Source: Candidatus Shapirobacteria bacterium (lineage in GTDB: Bacteria > Patescibacteriota > Microgenomatia > UBA12405). Taken from it: a DNA stretch of 64,000 nucleotides. The notes under the pieces were generated by a model. It had not been told where the DNA came from. It saw only the letters and a list, made by a program, of their open reading frames with translations, and made no database searches. The stretch is taken from assembly GCA_028704885.1 (NCBI GenBank), contig JAQWEN010000001.1:2838-66837 (forward strand), written 5' to 3'. A program made the translations under genes and the position numbers. Positions 30,827 through 40,556 of this stretch are shown piece after piece (the first letter of the stretch is position 1; the number at the start of each line of letters is the position of its first letter).

Positions 30827-32015
30827 AATAAATATTTTAGCGCCGGCGGGAAATTGGGAGTCATTAAAAGCAGCTATAAATGCAGGAACGGACGAAATTT
30901 ATTTTGGAATTGGTGAATTAAATATGAGAGCGGCTGGGGCCAATAATTTTTCGATTGATGATTTAAAAGAAATCGGATTAATTTGTAGAAAGGCGAAAAT
31001 AAAAAGTTGGGTGACATTAAATACAGTTGTCTACGATGAAGAAATTGAGGGAATAAAAAATATTTTAAAAGAAATTAAAAAAGCCAAAATTACGGGAATA
31101 ATCGCAGCTGATTTGGCGGTAATTAAAGCGGCAAATAAGGAAAAAATAGAAGTATGTGTGTCGACGCAAATGTCGGTATCAAATTTGGAAACAATTAGAT
31201 TTTTAAATAAATGGGTTGATAGAATTGTGCTGGCCCGGGAATTAAATTTAGAACAAATTAAAAAAATAACCGAGGGAATTAAAAAAGAAAAAATAAAAGT
31301 TGAAATTGAAGTGTTTGGACATGGAGCCATGTGTGTGGGAATTTCGGGCCGCTGCCAAATGAGTTTGTATCATCATAATCTGTCAGCTAATCGAGGAAAA
31401 TGCGGGCAAATGTGTCGAAGAAAATATGAGGTAAAAGATTTAGACAGCGGTAAAGAAATGATTTTAGAAAATAACTTAATAATGAGTCGAAGTGATTTGT
31501 GTACAATCGGACTTTTGGATAAATTAGTTGAGAGTGGAATTTCGACAATTAAAATTGAAGGACGGGCTAGAAGTGCTGATTATGTAGATACCGTAGTGAG
31601 AGTTTATAAAAAAGCGCTTAATTTAATCGAAGAAAATAAATATGGGAAAAAAGAAAAAGAAGAATTATTAAAAGAATTAAAAACGGTTTTTAATCGAGGA
31701 TTTTCTAACGGTTTTTATTTAGGAAGATCGACTAATGAATGGGCTGTCGGGGAAAATAATTTGGCGACAGAGACAAAAATATTACTAGGAAAAATTGATC
31801 ATTTTTATCCAAAAATTGGAGTGGCAGAAATTAAATTGACAACTAGTGAACGAATACAAAATGGCGACAATTATTTAATAATTGGCCCAAGTACTGGTAT
31901 TGTTAGAGGTATGTTTTTTGACATAAAAATGGATAAAAACCTCTTAAATTTTAAAGTTACCAAGAAGGTAAGAAAAAATGACAAATTGTTTATTTGTCGC
32001 GCAAATAAAAATTAG
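30810..32015 (+). CDS. U32-family peptidase-like protein (RlhA/TrhP-type)
   Basis: N-terminal APAGNWESLKAAINAGTDEIYFG typical of the U32 family; Cys cluster CQMSLYHHNLSANRGKCGQMC. Confidence 0.7.
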   Translation: MNMKSKINILAPAGNWESLKAAINAGTDEIYFGIGELNMRAAGANNFSIDDLKEIGLICRKAKIKSWVTLNTVVYDEEIEGIKNILKEIKKAKITGIIAADLAVIKAANKEKIEVCVSTQMSVSNLETIRFLNKWVDRIVLARELNLEQIKKITEGIKKEKIKVEIEVFGHGAMCVGISGRCQMSLYHHNLSANRGKCGQMCRRKYEVKDLDSGKEMILENNLIMSRSDLCTIGLLDKLVESGISTIKIEGRARSADYVDTVVRVYKKALNLIEENKYGKKEKEELLKELKTVFNRGFSNGFYLGRSTNEWAVGENNLATETKILLGKIDHFYPKIGVAEIKLTTSERIQNGDNYLIIGPSTGIVRGMFFDIKMDKNLLNFKVTKKVRKNDKLFICRANKN

Positions 32016-32385
32016 TTGCAGCTTTGACCAGAGTGGCGCCAATTAAAGCAATAAAGAAAATTGGATTAAGATCTTGTTTAAAGATAACCCAACCAATTAA
32101 GACAAAGATCATAAACCACAAAGCGTTGCGATCAGAAATGGCTTCATGAAGATGTTCTCGTTCATCTTTTTTAAGTTGAGTCATAATATGGAAAATATCA
32201 GCTAAAAAGATAATTATCCAAACTGTAGTAAAAATGGTTTTAAAGTTTTGAGCTACAGAAATGGATTCTAAAATAGCAATTGGGGCAACAAACAAAGCGG
32301 TATATAGCCAGCCCTGCCAAGTAATAGGGGTTAATCCCCAACCTGTATATTTTCTAAGAGTAAACCATTTTGGATTTCCGATCAT
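31990..32385 (-). CDS. small membrane protein, hypothetical
   Basis: 131 aa, 4 TM helices. Confidence 0.35.
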   Translation of the reverse strand: MIGNPKWFTLRKYTGWGLTPITWQGWLYTALFVAPIAILESISVAQNFKTIFTTVWIIIFLADIFHIMTQLKKDEREHLHEAISDRNALWFMIFVLIGWVIFKQDLNPIFFIALIGATLVKAATNFYLRDK

Positions 32386-32420
32386 ATTTTTATAAATTTT
32401 TAATTTTTAATTTGAAATTT

Positions 32421-32612
32421 TTAATTAAAGATAAATAGTTCATTAATTGATGTTTCTAGAGCTTTGGCCACATCATGGGCTAATTTTAAAGAAGGGTTAT
32501 ATTTCCCCTGTTCAAGAAAAACAATTGTTTCTCTACGGACACCGACTAAATTAGCTAACTGGTCTTGAGTTAGATTTAATTTGGCCCGATATTCTTTAAT
32601 TTTAGTTTGCAT
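32421..32612 (-). CDS. XRE-family HTH transcriptional regulator
   Basis: 63 aa; [31 protein letters not shown] Cro/C1-type HTH. Confidence 0.8.
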   Translation of the reverse strand: MQTKIKEYRAKLNLTQDQLANLVGVRRETIVFLEQGKYNPSLKLAHDVAKALETSINELFIFN

Positions 32613-32615
32613 ATT

Positions 32616-33161
32616 TTATTTACAAATAGTTTTTGGAGCAGCAAAGTTAGGATGGCCATGGGCAACCCATTGACCATTTTGACAGATCCAATTGTCTTCT
32701 CCGGAAAATAAACGAAGAGTAAAAATGCTTAAAAATATAGCCAAAATGATGGCAAAAATAATAAATTTATTTTTGTTTTGAGTAAATTTAGTCTTGTTTT
32801 GAAATTTAAAAATAAGACTATAAACCAACATTAAAAGACAAGTGGAATAAGCCAAAGTCATGGCAATTGGTTCATAACTAGGATTTAAATCTTTGAAAGC
32901 ATACAAAATAAACATAGCGACAACAGAAATCCAGGAGTAAATTTGAATAGCCCAACTGGCAGATTTACCAGCAAGAGCATAATCTCTCTCATCGGCGATA
33001 ACTTCTTTAACACGGCGTCGAAGCAAAATTAAAACAAGAGAACTAACCACTAAAGTGGCAATTGGAATTAAATAATTTTGAAAAATAATCGATTGACTGA
33101 AAATTATGGCAATAACCACAACTATAGCCAATTTGATTTGTTGATATTTTTTGAGTGTCAT
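32616..33161 (-). CDS. membrane protein, hypothetical, co-oriented upstream of the XRE regulator
   Basis: 4 TM helices; Cys- and Trp-containing extracytoplasmic tail. Confidence 0.4.
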   Translation of the reverse strand: MTLKKYQQIKLAIVVVIAIIFSQSIIFQNYLIPIATLVVSSLVLILLRRRVKEVIADERDYALAGKSASWAIQIYSWISVVAMFILYAFKDLNPSYEPIAMTLAYSTCLLMLVYSLIFKFQNKTKFTQNKNKFIIFAIILAIFLSIFTLRLFSGEDNWICQNGQWVAHGHPNFAAPKTICK

Positions 33162-33240
33162 AAATTATGTTAATTAATTCTAACTATATGTTAGATCTAG
33201 ATAACACATTTGTCAAGAGAGAACATTGAAATTAAAAAAA

Positions 33241-33453
33241 TTAAATAAGAGAACGAGCGAGAGGTAAACCGGTAGTGGTTTTTTTATAACAAAGAGGAAA
33301 ATCACTGTTAAGATCAGATCTATTATAGAGACAATCCGGATTTTCTTTTTTACAACAATGTTTTTCGTCGGTGAGAATAGTAGCCCCAAGTGGTAATCCT
33401 TGACAAAGTTTAACAATAACTGGATCAATTAACTCAATTAATTCTTGTTTCAT
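33241..33453 (-). CDS. small Cys-rich hypothetical protein
   Basis: 70 aa, 6 Cys; the alternative-frame ORF 33213..33428 is low-complexity and less likely. Confidence 0.25.
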   Translation of the reverse strand: MKQELIELIDPVIVKLCQGLPLGATILTDEKHCCKKENPDCLYNRSDLNSDFPLCYKKTTTGLPLARSLI

Positions 33454-33479
33454 TTATAGAAAACGTATAAATGATTTTA

Positions 33480-34097
33480 TCAATTTTTGAGATGATCGCA
33501 AACATCGAATTGATCGACAGAAAAATTTTGACCATCGTAGTTGATGACAGTATATCCCCCTTCATGAATTTTAGCGCCGGCAATTAGATCGTCGCTTGGT
33601 CGATATTTTGGTTCTAAAGAATAGACAAAATTTCTAATAATGCCACCATGGCTAGAAATTAAAATGGTTTCTTCGGAAGAAGTTATACAAATTTCTCTTA
33701 GTTTGGTTTCAAAAGAAGAAATAGCGGTGTTAAAAGAAATATTGGTTTCCGGTGGAATCCAATCGGGATCAATCATGGCTTGGGCATAAAGATGTTCTTT
33801 GATTTCTTCGGGTTGAGAAAAATCTTTAATTGGAAAAAATTCTTGAAATTCAAAAACAATTGAAATTTCTTTAATGCCAATAATCGATCGAACAATTTCG
33901 GCACTTTGAATGGCTCGAGCATAGGAGCTGGTAAATAAATATTGGGATGATTTTAATTCAGGAAATCTAGTCTTTAAAATATTTCCTAATTTAGTAATTT
34001 GATCAATTCCTTCCTGATTTAAACAAGTCAAACTTTTTTTATCACCGATAAAATCTATTTTTTGTTTTTGTCCGTGGCGAAAAAGAATTATTTTCAT
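33480..34097 (-). CDS. histidine phosphatase family protein
   Basis: ILFRHGQ RHG motif; start taken at the internal ATG (MKIILFRHG). Confidence 0.65.
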   Translation of the reverse strand: MKIILFRHGQKQKIDFIGDKKSLTCLNQEGIDQITKLGNILKTRFPELKSSQYLFTSSYARAIQSAEIVRSIIGIKEISIVFEFQEFFPIKDFSQPEEIKEHLYAQAMIDPDWIPPETNISFNTAISSFETKLREICITSSEETILISSHGGIIRNFVYSLEPKYRPSDDLIAGAKIHEGGYTVINYDGQNFSVDQFDVCDHLKN

Positions 34098-34122
34098 AGA
34101 ATTACTGATATGATAACAACAG

Positions 34123-34566
34123 ATGGACAAAAATTGTTTTGTTTGTGATCGAATTGAATTAATTAAAGAAAATAAAAACCCTTATTTTGTTAAAGAAATG
34201 AAAACTGGATATGTGGTAATTGGTGATTATCAATTTTATAAGGGTTATACCCTGTTTATTTGCAAAGAACACAAAAAGGAATTGCATGAATTAGAGCCAA
34301 AATTTAGAAAATTATTTTTAGAAGAAATGAGTGAAGTGGCAGAAGCGGTGTATAAAGCATTTAAACCAAATAAATTAAATTATGAATTGTTGGGAAACAC
34401 GGTTTGCCATATGCATTGGCATTTAATTCCAAGATATAAAGATGACCAAAAAGCAGATACAGCAATTTGGGTAATAGATAAAAGTGTTAGATGCAGCGAA
34501 AAAGTAAAGGCAACTCCAGAACAAATTCAAGAATATAAAAAGCTTTTGTTAAAATATTTGAAATAA
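34123..34566 (+). CDS. HIT-family hydrolase
   Basis: VCHMHWHLIP histidine triad. Confidence 0.75.
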   Translation: MDKNCFVCDRIELIKENKNPYFVKEMKTGYVVIGDYQFYKGYTLFICKEHKKELHELEPKFRKLFLEEMSEVAEAVYKAFKPNKLNYELLGNTVCHMHWHLIPRYKDDQKADTAIWVIDKSVRCSEKVKATPEQIQEYKKLLLKYLK

Positions 34567-34569
34567 AAA

Positions 34570-35112
34570 ATGGTAGAAAAATTTATTAATAAAAAAATAA
34601 AAGATTTAATTTTGGAAGAAAAAGAAGAAATTAAGAAGTTTTTAATAGAAATTTTTAAAGATAATTCAAGTTATAAAAATACGGTTTATACCAACCCCGA
34701 CTTGAATGAGTGTTTATTACTGTATATTGAAAATAAATTGGTTGGACATATCAGTATTACCAAAAGAATAATTAATTATAAAAATAAACAATACTTAGTA
34801 GGCGGAATTGGTGATGTCGCCATTGATAAAGAATATAGAGAAAAAGGTTTTGGAAATAAATTAATGAAAGAAGTAAATAAAATTTTAAAAGAAGGAAACT
34901 ATGATTTAGGTATTTTGTTTAATCATCCAAAATTGGATAACTTTTATTCTTCTTGTGATTGGATTCCAAAAGACAATGGAAAAATCTTTGCCACAGTTAA
35001 TGGAATTTTAGAAGACCAAATGCGAACTTTTTTATTACCAATCAATTTAACAGAAAAAGATTTAGAAGTTTGGAAAAATGAAGATATTAATATTGGAAAC
35101 GGGAGTTGGTAA
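34570..35112 (+). CDS. GNAT-family N-acetyltransferase
   Basis: IGDVAIDKEYREKGFGNKLM acetyl-CoA binding motif A. Confidence 0.65.
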   Translation: MVEKFINKKIKDLILEEKEEIKKFLIEIFKDNSSYKNTVYTNPDLNECLLLYIENKLVGHISITKRIINYKNKQYLVGGIGDVAIDKEYREKGFGNKLMKEVNKILKEGNYDLGILFNHPKLDNFYSSCDWIPKDNGKIFATVNGILEDQMRTFLLPINLTEKDLEVWKNEDINIGNGSW

Positions 35113-35687
35113 CTACAAATATGAAAACAACATCCCATTTTTTAGGAATAACTTTAAACAATAAATTATTTTTGGGTTTATTTAACTCACTCCAAAAATA
35201 TTTAAATGAAAATAATATTGAAAATGCAATTGAACTTCAAAACATAAACAATTTACATATCACTCTTTATTATTTTGGAGAAAAAATTGATTCAAAAACT
35301 TTATTAAAAGTAAAAGATGACTTATTGAAATTAAATAAAATAATATTCCCTATATATATCGATAAATTTAACTTTTTTGAAAAAGAAAGACAAATTTACT
35401 TAGGATATCTATCCCCTTCAAAAAACAAAAAAATAAAAGAAATAAATTCAAAATTAAAATCAAATTATATTAGTGATGTTCCAGATAATGATTATTCGAG
35501 ATATATTCCACATGTAACTTTATTTAAAATAAGAGATTTTGATTTATATCAAAAACATAGTGAAAAAATATTAAAAATAATAAACTTTAATTTAAAAAAA
35601 ATCAAAATAAATGATTCTTTTAAAGAAATTAATCTTTATGCAGTTGATTCAAGTTTTTCTCCTGAAAAACAAGTTGTAGTTTATTGA
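35106..35687 (+). CDS. 2H phosphoesterase / LigT-like protein
   Basis: Two HxT/SxL motifs (LHITLYY and PHVTLFK) spaced ~80 aa apart. Confidence 0.5.
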   Translation: MVTTNMKTTSHFLGITLNNKLFLGLFNSLQKYLNENNIENAIELQNINNLHITLYYFGEKIDSKTLLKVKDDLLKLNKIIFPIYIDKFNFFEKERQIYLGYLSPSKNKKIKEINSKLKSNYISDVPDNDYSRYIPHVTLFKIRDFDLYQKHSEKILKIINFNLKKIKINDSFKEINLYAVDSSFSPEKQVVVY

Positions 35688-37132
35688 CACAAAATCATTT
35701 TATTTTCCGGAAGGAGGAAGTGACGGGAAGGTTTTAATTCAGCAATAAATTCCGGAGTATGACTGACGATAATCATGGCGCCTTGATAAAATTTTAGAGC
35801 TTCGAGAATTAATCTTTGAGAAAGAACATCAAGATAAGTGGTTGGTTCATCAAGAATTAAAAGATTATAATTTTTGGCTAAAAGAGTGGCAATGGAAAGA
35901 CGGGTTTTTTCACCACCGGAAAGAGTGGAAACTTTTTGAAAAACTTTTTGACCAGGAAAAAGAAAGCGACCTAATAAACAACGAAGTTGAGGTTCAGCCA
36001 TTTCACATTTATCGCGAACTGTTTCTAAAAGATTTTTGTCCATGTCAAAAGTTTCAAACTCTTGGGAATAATAGCCAATTTTTAATTTTTCATCTTTAAT
36101 AATTTCACCAGAATCTTGAACTAACATACCCATTAAAATTTTAATAAGAGTACTTTTACCAGCACCGTTTTGACCCATTAAAGCGATTCTTTCACCTCGT
36201 TTAATGTCAAAATTAATATCAGTTAAAACTTTTTTCTCACCGTATGATTTAGATAAATTTTTAACCATGAAAGGTACTTCCCCTACCCAAGCTGGTTCTG
36301 GTAATTGCATGCTAATTTTTTTAGCGGCTGGCGGCATCTCTGGTAAAGCAACGACTAATTTTTCAATTCTTTTTTGTAAATTTAATTTTTGACGGACACC
36401 TTTTTCGGATCGATTACCAGAAATTCTGACTAAACCTTTTTTCATTTCGACAATCTTTCTGGATTGAACATGAATTTGATGAACCAAAAGTTCTTCTCTC
36501 TCGCCTTTTAGATTGACATAATTAGTGTAATTGCCATTATATTCAGTGATTTGTTTGGTGCGTTTATCAACTTCGATAATTTTATCGATGTTTTTGTCGA
36601 GTAATTTTAAATCGTGAGAAATAATGATTAGAGTTTTGGAATAACGTCCGAGAAAATTCATCATCCAAAGTTTGCCTTCAACATCTAAAAAATTAGTCGG
36701 TTCATCTAAAAGTAAAATGTCGGGCTCAAAAATTAGAGCCCGAGCGATAGCCAATTTGGTTTTTTGACCACCACTTAAAACTTGAGGTTTACCATCAAGA
36801 AACAAACGTGATAATTCTAATTTGGAAAGCATTTTTAAAAGTTCATAATCTTGTTTTTCATAATAAGGGTCTAGATATTCACGAATAGAAGTGGCTTTTT
36901 CCATCAATGGATCTTGTTTAACTTCTTGAGGAACAGACATAACGTCGCCAACTATTTCGAGACTGCCATCATCAATAAAATCTTGCCCCATTATTAAATT
37001 GAAAAGAGTTGACTTACCAGAACCGTTGGCCCCAACTACACCAACTTTACTATTTTTAGCAACATAAAAGTTAGCACCTTCAAAAATGTTTTCTTTGCCG
37101 TAAGAATAAAATATATTTTTTGCCGAAATCAT
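35681..37132 (-). CDS. ABC-F family ATPase (tandem NBDs, no TMD)
   Basis: Two Walker A motifs (GANGSGKST, GQNGAGKST), two LSGGQ/LSGGE signatures, linker between domains. Confidence 0.8.
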   Translation of the reverse strand: MISAKNIFYSYGKENIFEGANFYVAKNSKVGVVGANGSGKSTLFNLIMGQDFIDDGSLEIVGDVMSVPQEVKQDPLMEKATSIREYLDPYYEKQDYELLKMLSKLELSRLFLDGKPQVLSGGQKTKLAIARALIFEPDILLLDEPTNFLDVEGKLWMMNFLGRYSKTLIIISHDLKLLDKNIDKIIEVDKRTKQITEYNGNYTNYVNLKGEREELLVHQIHVQSRKIVEMKKGLVRISGNRSEKGVRQKLNLQKRIEKLVVALPEMPPAAKKISMQLPEPAWVGEVPFMVKNLSKSYGEKKVLTDINFDIKRGERIALMGQNGAGKSTLIKILMGMLVQDSGEIIKDEKLKIGYYSQEFETFDMDKNLLETVRDKCEMAEPQLRCLLGRFLFPGQKVFQKVSTLSGGEKTRLSIATLLAKNYNLLILDEPTTYLDVLSQRLILEALKFYQGAMIIVSHTPEFIAELKPSRHFLLPENKMILCQ

Positions 37133-37181
37133 CCTATGATTTTACCATTAGTGGCTTTTAATTTGTTTTTCATTGTTATAA

Positions 37182-38585
37182 TTGGCTATGTTGTTTACTT
37201 CGCCAGTTTTTCTTTTTTTATTTTTACCAATATTATTGGTAATTTACTATCTATCACCGACTAAATTTCGAAACTTATTACTTTTATTAGCCAGTTTGTT
37301 TTTTTATGCTTGGGGAGAAGGTTTATATGTACTGATACTAATATCAATGATTTTAGTTAATTATATTTTTGGATTAATAATTAACAAAACAACATACAAA
37401 AAAATTTGGTTAACCTCAGCTATTATTTTTGATTTAGGCTATATTTTCTATTTTAAATATTTGATTTTTGCGATGACGACCTTGTCAACTGTTTTATTAA
37501 AAACAGGAAAAGGACCTTTGGAATTACCCCAAATAATAATGCCGCTGGGAATATCGTTTGTGACTTTTCATCTTATTTCTTATGTCTTTGATATTTATAG
37601 AAAAGATATTAGGGCGGAAAAAAATGTTTTAAATTTTTCATTGTATATTTTAATGTTCCCCCATTTAATTGCTGGACCAATAGTGAGATATAAAGACATT
37701 GGTGTTCAAATTAAAAAACGTCAATTTAGTAAAGATCAATTTGTGGAGGGAATAAAAAGATTTGTGATGGGATTGGCTAAAAAAGTATTAATAGCCAATG
37801 TAATGGCGGCTGTCGCGGATCAAATATTTGCCATATTTCCTCAATATCTAACCGGCCAAATTGTGTGGTTGGCTTTATTTTCTTACACCTTGCAAATATA
37901 TTTTGATTTTTCTGGTTACTCTGATATGGCCATTGGATTGGCTAAAATGTTTGGATTTAATTTTAAAGAGAACTTTAATTTTCCTTATATTGCCAATTCA
38001 ATTAAAGATTTTTGGAGAAGATGGCACATATCATTATCTTCATGGTTTAGAGACTATTTATATATACCTTTAGGAGGAAATAGGAAAGGAAAAATCAGAA
38101 CATTAGTGAATATTGCAATTGTCTTTACTTTAACTGGTTTGTGGCATGGATCTAATTGGCATTTTATTTTTTGGGGAGTATATTTTGGATTTTTCTTAAT
38201 TTTGGAAAATTTATTTTTAGGAAAAGTATTAGATAAATTATGGTTTGGATGGCGACATCTTTATACAATGGGAGTGGTGATAATCGGCTGGTTATTTTTT
38301 AGAATTAATAGTTTAAATTATGCCGTATATTTACTTAAAGTGATGGTTGGAATTAACCCAAATAAAATAGCCGTTTATCAATTGGGTAATTTTGCGACCA
38401 GAGAATATTTAGCAGTTATGCTGATAGCATTGGTAGCTGCAACTCCGATTGGACGAAATTTGTATCAAAAAATTGTGAATAAAATTCCAGCAATGGAAAT
38501 AATTACAACTGGAGGATTATTAATATTGTCGATAATGCAATTGGCCGGAGATACTTATAATCCATTTATTTACTTTAGGTTTTAA
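37182..38585 (+). CDS. MBOAT-family membrane O-acyltransferase (AlgI/DltB/PatA-like)
   Basis: Polytopic; WRRWHISLSSWFRDYLYIPLGG and the catalytic-His region GLWHG. Confidence 0.85.
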   Translation: MAMLFTSPVFLFLFLPILLVIYYLSPTKFRNLLLLLASLFFYAWGEGLYVLILISMILVNYIFGLIINKTTYKKIWLTSAIIFDLGYIFYFKYLIFAMTTLSTVLLKTGKGPLELPQIIMPLGISFVTFHLISYVFDIYRKDIRAEKNVLNFSLYILMFPHLIAGPIVRYKDIGVQIKKRQFSKDQFVEGIKRFVMGLAKKVLIANVMAAVADQIFAIFPQYLTGQIVWLALFSYTLQIYFDFSGYSDMAIGLAKMFGFNFKENFNFPYIANSIKDFWRRWHISLSSWFRDYLYIPLGGNRKGKIRTLVNIAIVFTLTGLWHGSNWHFIFWGVYFGFFLILENLFLGKVLDKLWFGWRHLYTMGVVIIGWLFFRINSLNYAVYLLKVMVGINPNKIAVYQLGNFATREYLAVMLIALVAATPIGRNLYQKIVNKIPAMEIITTGGLLILSIMQLAGDTYNPFIYFRF

Positions 38586-39691
38586 TGAAAAATAAAAATA
38601 ATTTATTAATTATAATTTTTGGAATAATATTGGTTTCGCCAAGCATTTCTTTATTATTTGGTTTTGGTAATAATGTTTATTTAAACGATAATCGACCATT
38701 GGCAAGTATCCCAAAAATTGGAATTTATAAAGAATTTCCGGTTCTTTTTGCTAATTATTTTAATGATCATTTTGGCTTAAGAAATTTATCAATAGTAACA
38801 AGTAGATGGCTTAAATTTAACTTTTTTAAAGTGTCACCAAATAAATCGGTAACCATTGGAAAAAATGACTGGCTTTTTTTTACTTCCGATATCCAATATG
38901 TTGATTCTGTCAATGCTCAACCATTTAAACAAAATGATCTTGAACAAATTAAAAATAATTTTTTAAATATTCAAAATAAATTTAAGAATAAGGGAATTAA
39001 ATTTTATTTTTTGGTGGCGCCAAACAAACAATCGATATATCCAGAATATTTACCGGATTATATGAAAAAAATAAATCCTGATTCTAGATTGGACCAATTA
39101 ACTTCTTATTTAGCTGAATTTAAGGAAATTAATTTTATTAATCCTAAAAAAGAATTAGAAGAAGTTAAAAAAACATCCCCTGTTTATCTTAAATACGATA
39201 CTCATTGGAACAATATGGGAGCCTTTGTGGCTTATCAGAAACTTGGTAAAAAAATAAATCAAGATTTTCCAATAATTAAAACAAAATCTCAAGATGATTA
39301 TAATTTTGTTGAAAAAGAAGCGATTAATAAAGACTTAGTAGAAGTACAAATGGGAATTACAGAAGGTTTTAAGGAAACGGAAATGGTTTTTGAAAATAAA
39401 AATGTTAAATCAAAAATTGTTGAGGGAGATTGTCCCGATGTGTATAAAACATGTGGAATATTAATTAAGGAAATTAATAATCCAAAACTTCCAAAGTTAG
39501 TAATGTTTAGAGATTCTTTTGGAAATAAATTAATTCCATTTATTTCTGAACATTTTAGAAGATCCTATTATTATTGGGGATCAATTCCTTTTTCTTATTC
39601 AATAGTAGAAAAAGAAAAACCAGACATAGTGATTATGGAATTAACCGAACGAGAATTATGGCGAATTAAGGATGAATTATTTGTGTTTTAA
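38585..39691 (+). CDS. AlgX/AlgJ-like SGNH-fold O-acyltransferase partner
   Basis: N-terminal TM; conserved KYDTHWN (DxHW) motif of the AlgJ/AlgX family; start overlaps the MBOAT stop. Confidence 0.55.
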   Translation: MKNKNNLLIIIFGIILVSPSISLLFGFGNNVYLNDNRPLASIPKIGIYKEFPVLFANYFNDHFGLRNLSIVTSRWLKFNFFKVSPNKSVTIGKNDWLFFTSDIQYVDSVNAQPFKQNDLEQIKNNFLNIQNKFKNKGIKFYFLVAPNKQSIYPEYLPDYMKKINPDSRLDQLTSYLAEFKEINFINPKKELEEVKKTSPVYLKYDTHWNNMGAFVAYQKLGKKINQDFPIIKTKSQDDYNFVEKEAINKDLVEVQMGITEGFKETEMVFENKNVKSKIVEGDCPDVYKTCGILIKEINNPKLPKLVMFRDSFGNKLIPFISEHFRRSYYYWGSIPFSYSIVEKEKPDIVIMELTERELWRIKDELFVF

Positions 39692-39710
39692 AAATTGATA
39701 TCCTATACAC

Positions 39711-40517
39711 ATGAAGTTTCTAATTCGATGGCTACAGAGATTGGTTATTGGGATGATGGCGTTGATAGTAATATGGTTTATTTCAACCCAAATATACGAA
39801 CGATTAGAAGATAGATTATCAATGTTTTTGGCATTGGTTATTACTTATCTTATTTCGGCCTACATAGTTTTGCCGGTGGCAACTCATTTAACATTGATGA
39901 TTACTAGAAAGGGAAAAATTCCCCGTTTTACCAGAGCGGCCGACGGACTTTATGTAGATCCGGTGAATATAATTTTTGACGGAACTAGGGATGAATTAGA
40001 AAATGTTTTTAAAAATATTGGCTGGTATAAAGCTGATAAATTAACAATAAAAAGCGGAATAAAAATGTTTTTTTCGGTTTTATTAAACAAAGCCTATTTA
40101 AAAGCACCATTTGGTTTACTTTTTCTTTTTGGCCGAAAACAAGATATAGGTTTTCAGAAAGCAATTGGAAATAGTCCAAAAAGAAGACACCATATTAGAT
40201 TTTGGGCAACTAATACAGATAAAATAATTAATCCTTTGGATATAAAATATTGGACCAAAAAACAGAAAATTAATCGTGATAAAGCGTTTACTTGGATTGG
40301 AGCAGGAAGCGAAGATATGGGAATAGGATTTAAAAAAATTAGTTATCAAATTACTCATCGAGTTGATCCGGAAGTTGACGAGGAAAGAGATTATATTTTA
40401 AGTGAACTTAAAAAGGCAAATTGCATCGGAAGAATTAAATATTATAAAGCAGGAGCTTTTAAAGTTGGGAAGTATGTTTCGGATGGAAAAATTGCAGTAG
40501 TGAAATTAAAGTCTTGA
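39711..40517 (+). CDS. membrane-anchored hypothetical protein (possibly LssY_C-like)
   Basis: Two N-terminal TMs; RRHHIRFWATNTD region; family assignment tentative. Confidence 0.3.
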   Translation: MKFLIRWLQRLVIGMMALIVIWFISTQIYERLEDRLSMFLALVITYLISAYIVLPVATHLTLMITRKGKIPRFTRAADGLYVDPVNIIFDGTRDELENVFKNIGWYKADKLTIKSGIKMFFSVLLNKAYLKAPFGLLFLFGRKQDIGFQKAIGNSPKRRHHIRFWATNTDKIINPLDIKYWTKKQKINRDKAFTWIGAGSEDMGIGFKKISYQITHRVDPEVDEERDYILSELKKANCIGRIKYYKAGAFKVGKYVSDGKIAVVKLKS

Positions 40518-40556
40518 ATAAAGTAGACATTCTTGAAATATTTTTTTAAGAAATAA

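Noticed and set aside
33213-33428. 71-aa ORF overlapping the Cys-rich 70-aa ORF in another frame
   Set aside because: Ile/Leu/Phe low-complexity; at most one of the two overlapping frames is real, and neither is well supported.
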